Below are positions 1 to 11,622 of a DNA stretch of 64,000 nucleotides, one piece after another. Source of the stretch: an uncultured cyanobacterium (GTDB taxonomy: Bacteria; Cyanobacteriota; Cyanobacteriia; Cyanobacteriales; CAWUOF01); contig CAVUSO010000001.1 in NCBI GenBank assembly GCA_963744145.1, forward strand, positions 7,200,001-7,264,000, written 5' to 3'. The notes beneath the pieces are model-generated. The model searched no databases. It worked only from the letters and a program-made list of their open reading frames with translations, and had not been told where the DNA came from. The translations under genes and the position numbers were made by a program. Each line of letters opens with the position of its first letter. Position 1 is the first letter of the stretch.

Positions 1-907
1 TATTCAACCATCTTTTAACCGCCGCATTTTCACAATCTTGTTTTTGATGACCATCCAGGTTTTTAATAAATTCTGGCGCTAAACTAATCACTTGGTTTTG
101 ATTAGGAGAAACTACAATAGGTGTAACACAGCTATGAAAATAAGTGGTAGTTCCATTGCGATGATTACGACGGTTACAATGAGGACAATTTATTTTCTGT
201 GATGAAAAATATTCGGTGCCATCTAAAGCCATTAAAATTTCTTCATCTAAGTAGAGAAACTTTTTCAAAACTCCGTTTTTATTTAACCATTCATAGACTT
301 CTTGAAAAGCCATAAATATAGTAGCTGCTGGCACCGGATCTAACAAATTTCTGATTTGATTATCACAGGGAATTTTCTTAATTGAAAATAAACTTTCTGC
401 GTTATCTTTTCCTTTATTGCTTTTCATTAACCGCTGATGGTCTAAAAAAGATGCTGACTGAGTAAAAAAGATTGAAAATGCAGCCATCACTGCATCTTCT
501 ACCTGGTATTTCGTATTATTTCCAGGTTTCCTTTCATCAGGTAAGTCATGTAATTGTTGACGTAAAAATTCGATTAATTCAGGGATTTCTAGGGTCGCTG
601 CTTTTTGAGCCATGTTTGAGTAATTTAACGTGCTGTCAGATTTTTAACTCACCGATTATACCTCATCTGATCACAATTATAAATTTTTATTTTCCTTGAA
701 TTCCCTATTCTAAAAACCGAACTATCAAACTGGATTTCCCTCGTTCGTTGTCAGGCCATCCTCGATTCTATTGAGTATTTATACTTAGATATTGACCCAA
801 TTGTTTTTTAGCCATTGCCTCTGCCTGAAAAACTGGTTATTTTGTACTATATTTTCAATTCCCAAATCGGGATTAATACTCTATTTTTTTTAAAATGAGA
901 ATTGCTG
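1..907 (-). mobile_element. Partial copy (5' end) of the 1907-bp ISNCY-like insertion sequence; transposase starts at 613 and runs off the window
   Basis: Matches 60168-61074 by eye; ends in terminal IR AAAATGAGAATTGCTG at 907; interrupts the CHAT-domain gene. Confidence 0.95.
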
Positions 908-1782
908 ATATCAGGAAGCAACCTATTGGTTGGGGCATATGGTAACACATCGGGGGGATACTCCCAAGCAGGACAAGCCTTTTTGTTTAATACTAGTGGG
1001 ACGCTGTTGCACACTTTTGATAACCCCAATCCTCTAACAGGTGGCGAATTTGGCTATGCAGTAGCTATATCAGGAAGCAACCTACTGGTTGGGGCATCAA
1101 GTAACACATCGGGGGGAGTCTCACAAGCAGGACAAGCCTTTTTGTTTAATCCCAGTGGGACGCTGTTACAAACTTTTGATAACCCCAATCCAGTATCATC
1201 TGGCAACTTCGGCTTATCAGTAGCTATATCAGAAAATAACCTACTAGTTGGGGCACCATTCAACACATCGGGGGGAGCCACAACAGCAGGACAAGCCTTT
1301 TTGTTTAATATCAGTGGGACGCTATTGCAAACTTTTGATAACCCCAATCCAGTATCAGCTGGCAACTTCGGCTTATTAGTAGCTATATCAGGAAGCAACC
1401 TAATGGTTGGGGCACCACTGAACACATCGAAGGGAATCTCACAAGCAGGACAAGCCTTTTTGTTTAATACCAGTGGGACGCTGTTGCAAACTTTTGATAA
1501 CCCTAATCCTGTCCTAAATGGCAAGTTTGGCACTTCAGTAGCTATATCAGGAAGCAACCTAATGGTTGGAGCAAATCAAAACACATCGGGGGGAGTCTCA
1601 CAAGCAGGACAAGCCTTTTTGTTTAATACCAGTGGGACGCTGTTGCAAACTTTTGATAACCCTAATCCTGTCCTAAATGGCAACTTCGGCTATTCAGTAG
1701 CTATATCAGGAAGCAACCTCCTGGTTGCAGCATATAAAAACACATCGGGGGGAGTCTCACAAGCAGGACAAGTGTTTTTTGG
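908..1782 (+). repeat. ~5.5 tandem 159-bp (53-aa) FG-GAP/integrin-alpha-like coding repeats
   Basis: GCTATATCAG recurs at 1064, 1223, 1382, 1541, 1700 (period 159). Confidence 0.9.
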
Positions 1783-3659
1783 TAGTCCGACCTATCCAGG
1801 AGTATTGTCTTTTAGTGATAATCCCAGTGCTTCAGCTAATGTTAATCCTACTGATATTAATAATGTTACCAACACAGGTACTAATGTGGTACTCCAGGCA
1901 TACAATGATATTACGGTAAACAATAACGTTATTACCTCTGCGGGGGGAAATGGTGGCGCACTTACTCTGCAAGCAGGACGCAGTATTCTAGTTAATGCAA
2001 ACATCACCACTGATAACGGGAATTTAACTCTAGTAGCGAATGAAACTGCCGCTAATGGAGTGCAAAGTCAATATCGAGATCCTGGTTTTGCTAATATTAC
2101 TGTTACACCTGGAGTAACGCTTAACTCTGGTACGGGTGATACCACGATTCGGATTAATACGGGTACCGCTACAGGTAGTAGTGGGAATATTAGTTTGCAA
2201 AATATCACTGCCAAAAATTTGCTGGTAGAGAACTTAGGGTTTGGCAACAGTAGCATTATATTAAATACTGCTCTTACTCCCACCGGAAATGTTACCCTAA
2301 CTGCCAATGGTGATGTGACGACTCAGGCGATTACAACTCCGGGTAATAATATTAGTATTACGAGCAATTTAGGCCAAATCGATACTACTGGTGGCACCCT
2401 TGATACTAGCTCAACAGGTCAGGGTGGAAATGTGACTTTAACAGCATCTACTCTTGACGTGATGACAGGTAATATTAATAGTAATTCGACCGGGAGTGGT
2501 ACAGGAGGAAATATCACGATTACCAGTGGAGCTGCGATCGATACTACTTTAGGAACGCTAAATTCTAGTTCAGGGACAGGAAAAGGTGGAGATATTACCT
2601 TTAATGCGAATAGCAATATCGAGATTGCTAATCTGAGTACAAATAGCAATCTTAGTAGTGGAGCCGCAGGAAATATTACTCTCACTACTACTGACGGGTT
2701 AATTACGAATCCGGCTGGAAGAATTAATGCAACTTCAAATTCAGGTAATGGCGGAAATATCTCCCTAATGAGTACCAGCGATATTATTATCAATAATAAT
2801 ATCAATAGCAATTCTAATGGGATAGGAAAAGGAGGAGATATTTCTTTCACTAGCACTCAGGGTGCGGTCCAAATTAATTCTTTAAATTCAACTTCAGCAT
2901 TTGGGAATGGTGGTAATTTAACTATTAGTGCTGCTAACAATATTAAGGGATTACTGCTCTTTGCTGATGCGACTAAAGGTCAGGGAGGAAATATTAGTCT
3001 TAATAGCACTACTGGAGCGATTAACGTAAGTTTGCTCAGTGCTAATTCTAATAATTCTCAAGGTGGAACCTTATTTCTAAAAGCGAATGGTAATATCACT
3101 ACCGGAGATTTAAGTGCTAAAGGGATTACGGGGATAAGTCAAGGTGGTCAGACTTCTATTATCAGTAAAAATGCCGCGATCGCTGTAGGCAATATTACCA
3201 CAACTGGTGCGACAAGTGGGGGAAATATCTCCTTACAAGCTAGCACCCAAATTACTACTAAACAAATTGATTCTAGCAGTATTAATGGAGCAGGTGGTAA
3301 TGTACTAATTGACCCCACGGGAGATGTACAAGTGAGTAATATTAATACCTCTGGTGGTACAACTGGAGGTAATGTAGATATTACCGCAGGTAAAAATTTG
3401 CGAGTAAATGTACCCCTAACTACAGCTAATTGTGGCACGGTAAGTATTTGCACGATTGGTAATACTCAAGGAGGAAATATATTTCTTAGACATGGTGGGG
3501 ATGGGGTAACTCCTTTTACCGTGGGAGATGCAACTATCAATGGTACTGCTAGTGCAATAGATAAGGGAAATAGTCCGGAACAAACCATTACTAGCGGTTC
3601 ATTCTTTTCTACTCAATTACAAGATAATGGTACATTAGGAATTATTACTAATACTCCTT

Positions 3660-3870
3660 CCACACCCACACCCACACCCACACCAATACCCACACCCACA
3701 CCCACACCCACATTTACACCCATACCCATATCAACACCCACACCCACACCCACATTTACACCCATACCCATACCCATATCAACACCCACACCCACACCCA
3801 CATTTACACCCACACCCACACCCACATTTACACCCACCCCCATACCCATATCAACACCCATATCAACACC
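3660..3870 (+). repeat. Pro-Thr low-complexity linker repeat (CCCACA)n
   Basis: Hexamer tandem repeats encoding PTPTPT. Confidence 0.9.
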
Positions 3871-5321
3871 TATATCCTCCAATAGCGATCGCAGTAATTT
3901 AGTAATTAATCCAGTCGATTTAACCAAATTACAAAATCTCAAGTCTTCATCATTGCTAGACAGTGATACTTCTGAAAATCTCGCGATCGATAAATCGATC
4001 AGCCAAGATTATACTCAATATTTTGGTCTGACTAATTTTCCAGAAGTTAGTGTGAGCAAAGTTCAAGCATCTCTGGTCAATATTGAAAATAATACAGGGA
4101 TTAAACCAGCCATTATTTATGCTTTTTTTGTGCCTAGTACCATTACACCTATTCCCAGTAAAAATGGGATCAATCTAACTAATGAGCAATTAGATAATAA
4201 GTTAAGTTTATTACACCCTACCCAACCGGAGCAACAAGATCGCTTAGAGTTGATTTTAATTACCGCCACATCCAAACCAATTCGTAAATCAATTAATGTG
4301 ACTAGAGCGCAAGTGATCGAGACAGCAACTAAGTTTCAAAATGCAGTAACAAATAAAATCGTTATAGATGAATATCTTAGTCCGGCTCAACAAATGTATC
4401 AATGGTTAGTCGCACCTTTAAACAGCGAACTACAACAATTGAAAATTAAGAATTTGGTCTATATTATGGATGCTAAACTTCGCACTATTCCTTTAGCAGC
4501 TATGCACGATGGTAAAAGTTTTATCATTGAACACTATAGTGTGGGATTGATGCCAAGTTTTGCCCTGACTGACCCTAGTCACCAAGATATTCACCAGGCT
4601 AAATTACTGGCAATGGGTAGCACTAATTTCTCAGATATTTTCCATCTTAATACTTTACCATCAGTCAAAGAAGAAGTAGATTTGGCACATCAAATTTGGG
4701 GAGGTAAATCTTTTCTGAATGACGAATTTACCCTAGAAAACTTAAAATCCCAACGAGAACATACTCCCTTTAGAATCGTCCATTTAGCTACTCATGCTGA
4801 TTTTAATCCCGGTACAGCAACTGACTCTTATCTTTATTTTGCTAAAGAACGATTACCGTTACCTAATTTACGTTCAATTAAATGGAATAATCCCCCAGTG
4901 GAACTATTAGTTTTAAGTGCTTGTCGGACCGCGATAGGAGATGAAAACGCCGAATTAGGTTTTGCGGGATTAGCAGTTCAAACTGGGGTAAAATCAGCGT
5001 TAGCCTCCTTGTGGTATATTTCCGATGAAGGTACTCTGGGATTAATGACAGAGTTTTATCAGCAATTAAAAACGGCACCAATTAAAGCCGAAGCTTTACG
5101 TCGCGCTCAGTTAGCAATGATGCGAGGTGAAGTGCGTTTGGAATCCGGAAAGTTAGTCACTAGTCAGCAATCCTTTCCCTTACCTCCTGAGTTAGTGAAG
5201 TTGCATCACCAATTAAGTCATCCTTATTATTGGAGTGGGTTTACAATTATTGGTAATCCTTGGTAAATTCACCAACGCGATCGACCTTGGTCTTTAGACC
5301 GATTCTCCTGATGAGAGATGG

Positions 5322-5482
5322 GGCAATACGGTTCGGTTAAGTGTAGGGGCATAGCATTCGGGCGATAATTGAGCGCTTAAACTTTACCCTGAGCGGAGTC
5401 GAAGGGGAGTAATATTAGACCCGAATGCTTCGCCCTTCTTCGCCGATATCCCCCAAAATATTCTTAACTGAACTGTATTGCC
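5322..5482. mobile_element. MITE-like element with ~20-bp imperfect terminal IRs, an internal REP-like palindrome and a 24-nt micro-element
   Basis: GGCAATACGGTTCGGTTAAG ... CTTAACTGAACTGTATTGCC; inner GTAGGGGCATAGCATTCGGG...CCCGAATGCTTCGCCC; micro-element at 5383-5406. Confidence 0.65.
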
Positions 5483-5679
5483 ACAACCCGTAGGGGCGAA
5501 TGGTATTCGCCCCAATTCAAACCTGACTGAGAAGAGGGCAAATGGCCATTGGCCCCTACCTGGAAATCGGTAGAATAGCGATCGCCCACCACCAAAAATC
5601 AGATCAATACGCGATTACCTACGGTACACTACATGAACGCAATTATAATGAGAATGAGCGGAGCTAGTCAGTAAATGGG

Positions 5680-6267
5680 ATGGTGAGAAAGATGACCGCA
5701 GTAGCAACAAAACCAACAAGAAAGCAATTCACGGTAGAGGAATATTACAAGCTGGGTGAGTTGGGGATGCTTCGGGATGGTAGAACAGAACTAATTGATG
5801 GGGATATTATTTATATGGCACCGATGGGTACTCGTCATTTAAGCTGTGTTGGTCGTTTACTGAAAATGTTCTTTAATACTTTAGGCGATCGTGCCACAAT
5901 CTTGTCACAAACCCCGGTTAGACTAAACGGAAGATTAGAACCGGAACCCGATGTATCAATCTTGAAACCTCGTGCTGATTGTTACATAGATATACATCCC
6001 CAACCCCAAGATGTATACCTATTAATAGAAGTATCAGTTACTACAGTTGACCATGATCGTAATGTGAAATCAGTGCGTTATGGTAGAGCAGGAGTTATTG
6101 AACTTTGGATCATAGACATAGAAGCCCAATTAGTTGAAGTTTATCGCAATCCTAACGCTAATGGTTATGAAAGTATCCAACAATTTAGACCCGGTGAAAG
6201 TATCTCACCCCTAGCTTTTAGTGACATAGTAATCAGCGTTGACGAGATTTTATGGACTAATAGATAA
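5680..6267 (+). CDS. Uma2 family (PD-(D/E)XK) endonuclease-like protein
   Basis: FTVEEYY, RTELIDG, EPEPDVSIL, LLIEVS motifs typical of cyanobacterial Uma2. Confidence 0.9.
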   Translation: MVRKMTAVATKPTRKQFTVEEYYKLGELGMLRDGRTELIDGDIIYMAPMGTRHLSCVGRLLKMFFNTLGDRATILSQTPVRLNGRLEPEPDVSILKPRADCYIDIHPQPQDVYLLIEVSVTTVDHDRNVKSVRYGRAGVIELWIIDIEAQLVEVYRNPNANGYESIQQFRPGESISPLAFSDIVISVDEILWTNR

Positions 6268-7488
6268 AAAACTAATCAACCGGATTCAATTGCTACACAT
6301 AAAGCTAATTAAACTGTTAATCCAATCAAACTTTTAGCAACTTTTTGACGTTGACTTTTGCAGATAATTTGCAGACTGGCTGGAGGTGCTAAAGTTACCC
6401 CACGACGTACAGGATTGAGAGGACGTTGATGAGGTAATTCTAGGTCATAATTCAACATAATTGTTGCTAATGCTAACTTCATTTCAAACTGTGCTAGTGC
6501 CATTCCAATACAACGACGATTACCACCACCAAACGGGATATATTCATAATTAGAAAACTGACGTTCGAGAAAACGTTCCGGTTGAAAAAGATGAGGTTGG
6601 GGATATATATCTTCGCGATGATGGACTAAATAAATACAGCTCATAAAAATCGTTTCTGCATCATAATCACGATCCATGATCGTGATCGGAGATTTAGTCA
6701 TGCGTGGAAACGTGATCATTGCAACTGGATAAATTCTTAGTGTTTCTGAACAAACTGCACTTAAATATGGGAGTTTAGCGATCGCAGTTGGTTCGGGATT
6801 ATCCCCAAGAGTTTCTAATTCAGCTAGTAGCTTTTCTTTGACTTCTGGAATATAATGAACCCAATATAAAGCCCAGGCTAAAGCTGAAGCAGTAGTTTCG
6901 TGACCAGCAAATAATAAGGTGATTAATTCATCATGTAATTCCTCATCACTCATTGACTGACCAACTGCATCAACTGCTGACATCAGCAGAGTCAAAATAT
7001 CAGTACAGTTAGAATCAAGATTTTTCCGGCGATCGCTAATTTCAGCATACAGTAATTGATCTACTTGCTGCTGTCGGCGCAGAAAGCGTCCCCAAGGACT
7101 CCAAGGACCTAAATCTTTTTGCAGAGATGGCAGAAAAATCATACTAGCACTTAAGGGAGAACTTAGAGTATCAACTGTCTCAGTAAGGAGCTTTTGGAAC
7201 TGTTCATAGCGATCGCCTTCTTTCATCCCAAAAACTGCATCTAAAATTACTTTCAATGTGATCTGTTGGGTAGCTGCACGTACATAAAAAGGTTTACCAA
7301 TCTGGTTGCGACCAATTACTTGATTAGCTAAATTACAGATTAATTCACCATAGGAACGCATTCGATCGCCATGAAAGGGAGGAGTTAGTAATTGGCGTTG
7401 ACGTAAATGGCTAGTACCATCTAACATGAGCAGGGAATGTTCTCCCAATAAGAATTTTAAAATTCTATTCAATCGACCAATCTCAAAT

Positions 7489-8639
7489 AGACATCTCCAT
7501 AATATAATGAAAAACCAAAAATATGGTATAATGATCTAGAACATTAATGGAGTAATTACTAAAATGAGTAATTATACTTGGGAATACATCCAAAAAAACC
7601 AGAAGGAAACTAAACGATTATTGGGAATTAATTATAACCAATTAGAACAGTTGATAGAATATGCTTTAATTTTGCATGACCAAAAAGAACAAGAACAAGA
7701 AGAACAGAAAGTAAGAATAATTAAATCAGGAGGAGGGAGAGAATCAAAACTAGAAAAAAAAGAGCAAATCATTTTAACCTTAGTCTATCTTAGACATCAT
7801 CTAAATTTTCAATTATTAGGATTGATGTTTCAAGTAAGTGAATCAACTGCTCATAAGATTTTTCACTATTGGCAACAAATATTAAGAGAAGCTTTGCCAT
7901 GTTCTCTATTAGAACAAGTAAAAAAGTTTGAGGAAAATTCATCAGAAATCCTGGAAAAACTTACTGATTATGAACTAATAGTAGACAGCGAAGAACAGCC
8001 AATAGAAAGGGCTTTGTCTTATGAGGAGCAGAAAAAATATTACTCAGGTAAAAAGAAAAATCATACTTTTAAAAACCAAGTGATCAGTCTACCAAAAGCT
8101 AAAGATATTGTCGATGTAGTAGCAGGAGAACCAGGACCTACAAGTGACATAAAAATATGTAGAGAAACTTTAAGTAAATTTTCAAAAACCCAAAAATTTA
8201 GTGGAGATAAAGCTTACATAGGAGAAGAACAAATTAAAACACCAGCCAAAAAACCGAAAGGGGGTGAATTAACTCAATCACAAAAAGAAACAAATAAAGA
8301 GATCTCATCAGAGAGAATATTTGTCGAACATTTAATTAGAATTATCAAAATATTTAGGATAATGCAAGAGAGATTTAGATTAAGTAAAATCAAATATAAA
8401 TCAATATTTTTAACGATTTGCGGGTTAGTAAGATTAAGAATAAATGCTTTACTTATTAAAGTAGTTAATCCGTCAGAAATAGATAAAGAAATCGAGATCA
8501 TAGTGAGTCATAGTTTTAACCTGAAATTGGATCAATGAAGTAAAACTACGAAAAATATACGTTTCAGCGATGATAAATTTAAACAGGAAAAACGCTAAAA
8601 TGCTTACCATAACTAGCTTATAAGTTTTAGGAGATGTCT
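7489..8639 (+). mobile_element. IS5-family (ISL2/IS702-like) insertion sequence, 1151 bp
   Basis: Terminal IRs AGACATCTCC / GGAGATGTCT; 3-bp AAT duplication (7486-7488, 8640-8642). Confidence 0.9.
7564..8538 (+). CDS. DDE transposase (HTH_Tnp_4 + DDE_Tnp_4-like)
   Basis: IVDSEE, YYSGKKKNHTFK, GDKAYIG, RIFVEH motifs. Confidence 0.9.
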   Translation: MSNYTWEYIQKNQKETKRLLGINYNQLEQLIEYALILHDQKEQEQEEQKVRIIKSGGGRESKLEKKEQIILTLVYLRHHLNFQLLGLMFQVSESTAHKIFHYWQQILREALPCSLLEQVKKFEENSSEILEKLTDYELIVDSEEQPIERALSYEEQKKYYSGKKKNHTFKNQVISLPKAKDIVDVVAGEPGPTSDIKICRETLSKFSKTQKFSGDKAYIGEEQIKTPAKKPKGGELTQSQKETNKEISSERIFVEHLIRIIKIFRIMQERFRLSKIKYKSIFLTICGLVRLRINALLIKVVNPSEIDKEIEIIVSHSFNLKLDQ

Positions 8640-8720
8640 AATTGGTTCGCATCTGCTGTAAACAACTCCTGAATTGCTTGTGGATGACTTAAAAGTACCA
8701 GTGGTGGTGTACTTCCCCAA

Positions 8721-10627
8721 CAGCAATTCTCATTTTAAAAAAAATAGAGTATTAATCCCGATTTGGGAATTGAAAATATAGTACAAAATAACCAGTTTTT
8801 CAGGCAGAGGCAATGGCTAAAAAACAATTGGGTCAATATCTAAGTATAAATACTCAATAGAATCGAGGATGGCCTGACAACGAACGAGGGAAATCCAGTT
8901 TGATAGTTCGGTTTTTAGAATAGGGAATTCAAGGAAAATAAAAATTTATAATTGTGATCAGATGAGGTATAATCGGTGAGTTAAAAATCTGACAGCACGT
9001 TAAATTACTCAAACATGGCTCAAAAAGCAGCGACCCTAGAAATCCCTGAATTAATCGAATTTTTACGTCAACAATTACATGACTTACCTGATGAAAGGAA
9101 ACCTGGAAATAATACGAAATACCAGGTAGAAGATGCAGTGATGGCTGCATTTTCAATCTTTTTTACTCAGTCAGCATCTTTTTTAGACCATCAGCGGTTA
9201 ATGAAAAGCAATAAAGGAAAAGATAACGCAGAAAGTTTATTTTCAATTAAGAAAATTCCCTGTGATAATCAAATCAGAAATTTGTTAGATCCGGTGCCAG
9301 CAGCTACTATATTTATGGCTTTTCAAGAAGTCTATGAATGGTTAAATAAAAACGGAGTTTTGAAAAAGTTTCTCTACTTAGATGAAGAAATTTTAATGGC
9401 TTTAGATGGCACCGAATATTTTTCATCACAGAAAATAAATTGTCCTCATTGTAACCGTCGTAATCATCGCAATGGAACTACCACTTATTTTCATAGCTGT
9501 GTTACACCTATTGTAGTTTCTCCTAATCAAAACCAAGTGATTAGTTTAGCGCCAGAATTTATTAAAAACCTGGATGGTCATCAAAAACAAGATTGTGAAA
9601 ATGCGGCGGTTAAAAGATGGTTGAATAAGAATCATCAAAATAAATATGGTTATCCTGTAACCCTTTTAGGGGATGACTTATATGCCCACCAACCTATTTG
9701 TGAATTAGCTCTAAAACAAGGATATAATTTTATTTTTGTTGGTCGAGAAACTTCGCATAAAACTTTATATGAATGGCTAGAGTTTTTAGAAAAAAGTGGA
9801 GAAGTTACTACCATTAAAAAGCCCCAATGGGATGGGCGAAAAAATCTCCTGTATCGTTATCGCTATGCTAATAGAGTTCCCTTAAAAGATGAAGAATCAA
9901 GTCTCGAAGTTAATTGGTACGAAGTGACTGTTATTAATGAGGAAACACAGAAAATTATCTACCAAAATAATTGGATCACTAATCATAAAATCACTGAAAA
10001 TAATATTGAAGAAATTGTCAAAGCTGGGCGCAGCAGATGGAAAGTTGAGAATGAAAGTAATAACGTTCTTAAAAATCACGGTTATAATTTAGAGCATAAC
10101 TTTGGTCATGGTGAAAATCATTTGTGCGAGTTATTATTGTCTTTGAATTTACTAGCTTTTTTATTTCATACTGTTTTGGATTTAGTTAATTACATCTATC
10201 AAAAAGTTCGTGACCTATTAGTACGGGCGTATTGCCATACGCCCCTACTACTTTCTTTAAGGATATTCGGACCTTATTAAAATATTTATGGTTCAAAAAT
10301 TGGTCAGATTTATTCTCATTTATTCTCACCGAGAATGTCCCATTAAAAAAACTAAATTCTAGTTGAAAAATATCAATATATTGAAAGAGGAAGGGTAGGG
10401 GCGTATTGCAATACGCCCGTACTTTTTTATCAAAAAAAACCTAAAAAATGGGTGAGAATTTCATCTGGATGTATCAGTTGAAATCGATTTTTCATGGACA
10501 AATTTCTGAAAACTTGTCTATCTTCAGCGTCGGATGATAATTATCTGTCAAAAAATCATGCTTCGACACAAGTTCTCTATTTAAATAAGAGAATTTTCTC
10601 TGATTTTTTTCAAAATGAGAATTGCTG
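8721..10627 (+). mobile_element. ISNCY-like insertion sequence, 1907 bp, complete copy
   Basis: IRs CAGCAATTCTCATTTT at both ends; 9-bp TSD CTTCCCCAA (8712-8720, 10628-10636). Confidence 0.95.
9015..10280 (+). CDS. DDE transposase (ISNCY-like) with a frameshift-altered C-terminus
   Basis: ALDGT, CPHC, DCE, GDDLY, RSRWKVENE motifs; identical to the 59515-60780 protein. Confidence 0.9.
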   Translation: MAQKAATLEIPELIEFLRQQLHDLPDERKPGNNTKYQVEDAVMAAFSIFFTQSASFLDHQRLMKSNKGKDNAESLFSIKKIPCDNQIRNLLDPVPAATIFMAFQEVYEWLNKNGVLKKFLYLDEEILMALDGTEYFSSQKINCPHCNRRNHRNGTTTYFHSCVTPIVVSPNQNQVISLAPEFIKNLDGHQKQDCENAAVKRWLNKNHQNKYGYPVTLLGDDLYAHQPICELALKQGYNFIFVGRETSHKTLYEWLEFLEKSGEVTTIKKPQWDGRKNLLYRYRYANRVPLKDEESSLEVNWYEVTVINEETQKIIYQNNWITNHKITENNIEEIVKAGRSRWKVENESNNVLKNHGYNLEHNFGHGENHLCELLLSLNLLAFLFHTVLDLVNYIYQKVRDLLVRAYCHTPLLLSLRIFGPY

Positions 10628-10936
10628 CTTCCCCAACGGGTGGTAAAAACATCTCCATAAGTCTTGCTACAATCTTCCAGGTATTGTAAAGGGTTAAAAA
10701 TCCACTGAAATAGCTGAATAAATTTCGGTGCTTTTGGACCATCTGGCAGGCGCATTTGGTTTTCCTGGTAAAATTTTTCCGTGATTGGGTCAAATATTTT
10801 CAATTATAATCTCAAGTAACCCAACTACCTAGTCCCAATTCCCAGCCTCCTGGAAATATATCTTAAATTGTGGTGTGGTGGTTTCAATAAAGGTAACGCT
10901 TATGCGAAACTGTGTTTTGTCCCCTAGTCTGAATTT

Positions 10937-11524
10937 ATGCAACCTGCTGTGAAGTCCCCGGAAGGAAGTGCTAGATGGGAAGAACTTGCTCAACTTCAGC
11001 CAGAGCCAGTACAGTTAGATAACATCAAAGCTCAGTTAGATCTAGTCCTCTTAGCTCTAGAGTCATTGGCTGATATTGGTTCAGAAGCGATGCTAAAAGC
11101 AGCAGTAGAACTGAATTTAGAATCTATTGTCGCCGATCGCGTAGCCTTGTGGCGTTTGCGTCAGTCTAGTCCATTGCGAAAAAGTCAGGGAGGAAGAAAA
11201 AAACTGGATGTAGAAGAAGCTCGATCGCTAGTTTTGATTAGTTGTCTGATCGCTAAACAGCATCAAGAATTAATTCGTCGAGCGGTTTCCCTGCTCGAGC
11301 AAATGACAGAACAAAACCGTCCACCCCATCAAGCTGCTCTGTTAGGAGATTATCTTGATACTTTCTGCAACACTTATCAAGAACGGATGGAGGATGGAGA
11401 AAGTGTCCCAACGGAGGTGTTGACCAATTTAGCTTTAAAACTGCTGATTGATTTACTTTTTTATAGCGGACCGGGTGGACATCGACGGTTATGGTTAGCA
11501 CTAATAGATCGGTCAACTAAATAA
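10937..11524 (+). CDS. Conserved cyanobacterial protein (DUF3038-like)
   Basis: LDLVLLALESL, DRVALWRLR, LLFYSGPGGHRRLW motifs. Confidence 0.8.
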   Translation: MQPAVKSPEGSARWEELAQLQPEPVQLDNIKAQLDLVLLALESLADIGSEAMLKAAVELNLESIVADRVALWRLRQSSPLRKSQGGRKKLDVEEARSLVLISCLIAKQHQELIRRAVSLLEQMTEQNRPPHQAALLGDYLDTFCNTYQERMEDGESVPTEVLTNLALKLLIDLLFYSGPGGHRRLWLALIDRSTK

Positions 11525-11622
11525 ATTATTGATCAGGTAAAATCATCATCTAACCATCAAGCTGATTGTCGTCAATCAATCATCAACTATAAACTTTTAG
11601 TAATAGACAATTAAACTTAAAA

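Larger units (their letters stand above)
908..5266 (+). pseudogene. 3' part of a large filamentous-haemagglutinin-like / FG-GAP-repeat / CHAT-domain protein gene, cut by the IS at 907
   Basis: The ORF-track TTG start at 902 lies in the IS end; FG-GAP-like repeats, G/N/S/T-rich beta-helix repeats (GxGGNITL), PT linker, CHAT motifs [21 protein letters not shown]. Confidence 0.85.
6309..10755 (-). pseudogene. Cytochrome P450 (CYP110-like) split into three pieces by two IS insertions
   Basis: Pieces 10755-10628, 8720-8640 and 7488-6309 rejoin in frame after removing the ISs and one TSD copy each (MRLPDGP...TTRWGSTPPLVLLSHPQAIQELFTADANQFEIGRLNRIL); AGHETT, ExxR and PFGGGNRRCIG heme motif. Confidence 0.92.

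Noticed and set aside
472..699. 75-aa ORF present three times (also 8929-9156, 60639-60866)
   Set aside because: Antisense to the transposase 5' end; repeated only because the IS is
908..1782. Possible DGR template/variable repeats
   Set aside because: In-frame tandem coding repeats, differences not adenine-specific, no reverse transcriptase in the window
10492..10803. 103-aa standalone ORF (similarly 59076-59303 and the 61069 start)
   Set aside because: Chimeras of host gene fragments reading into or out of IS ends
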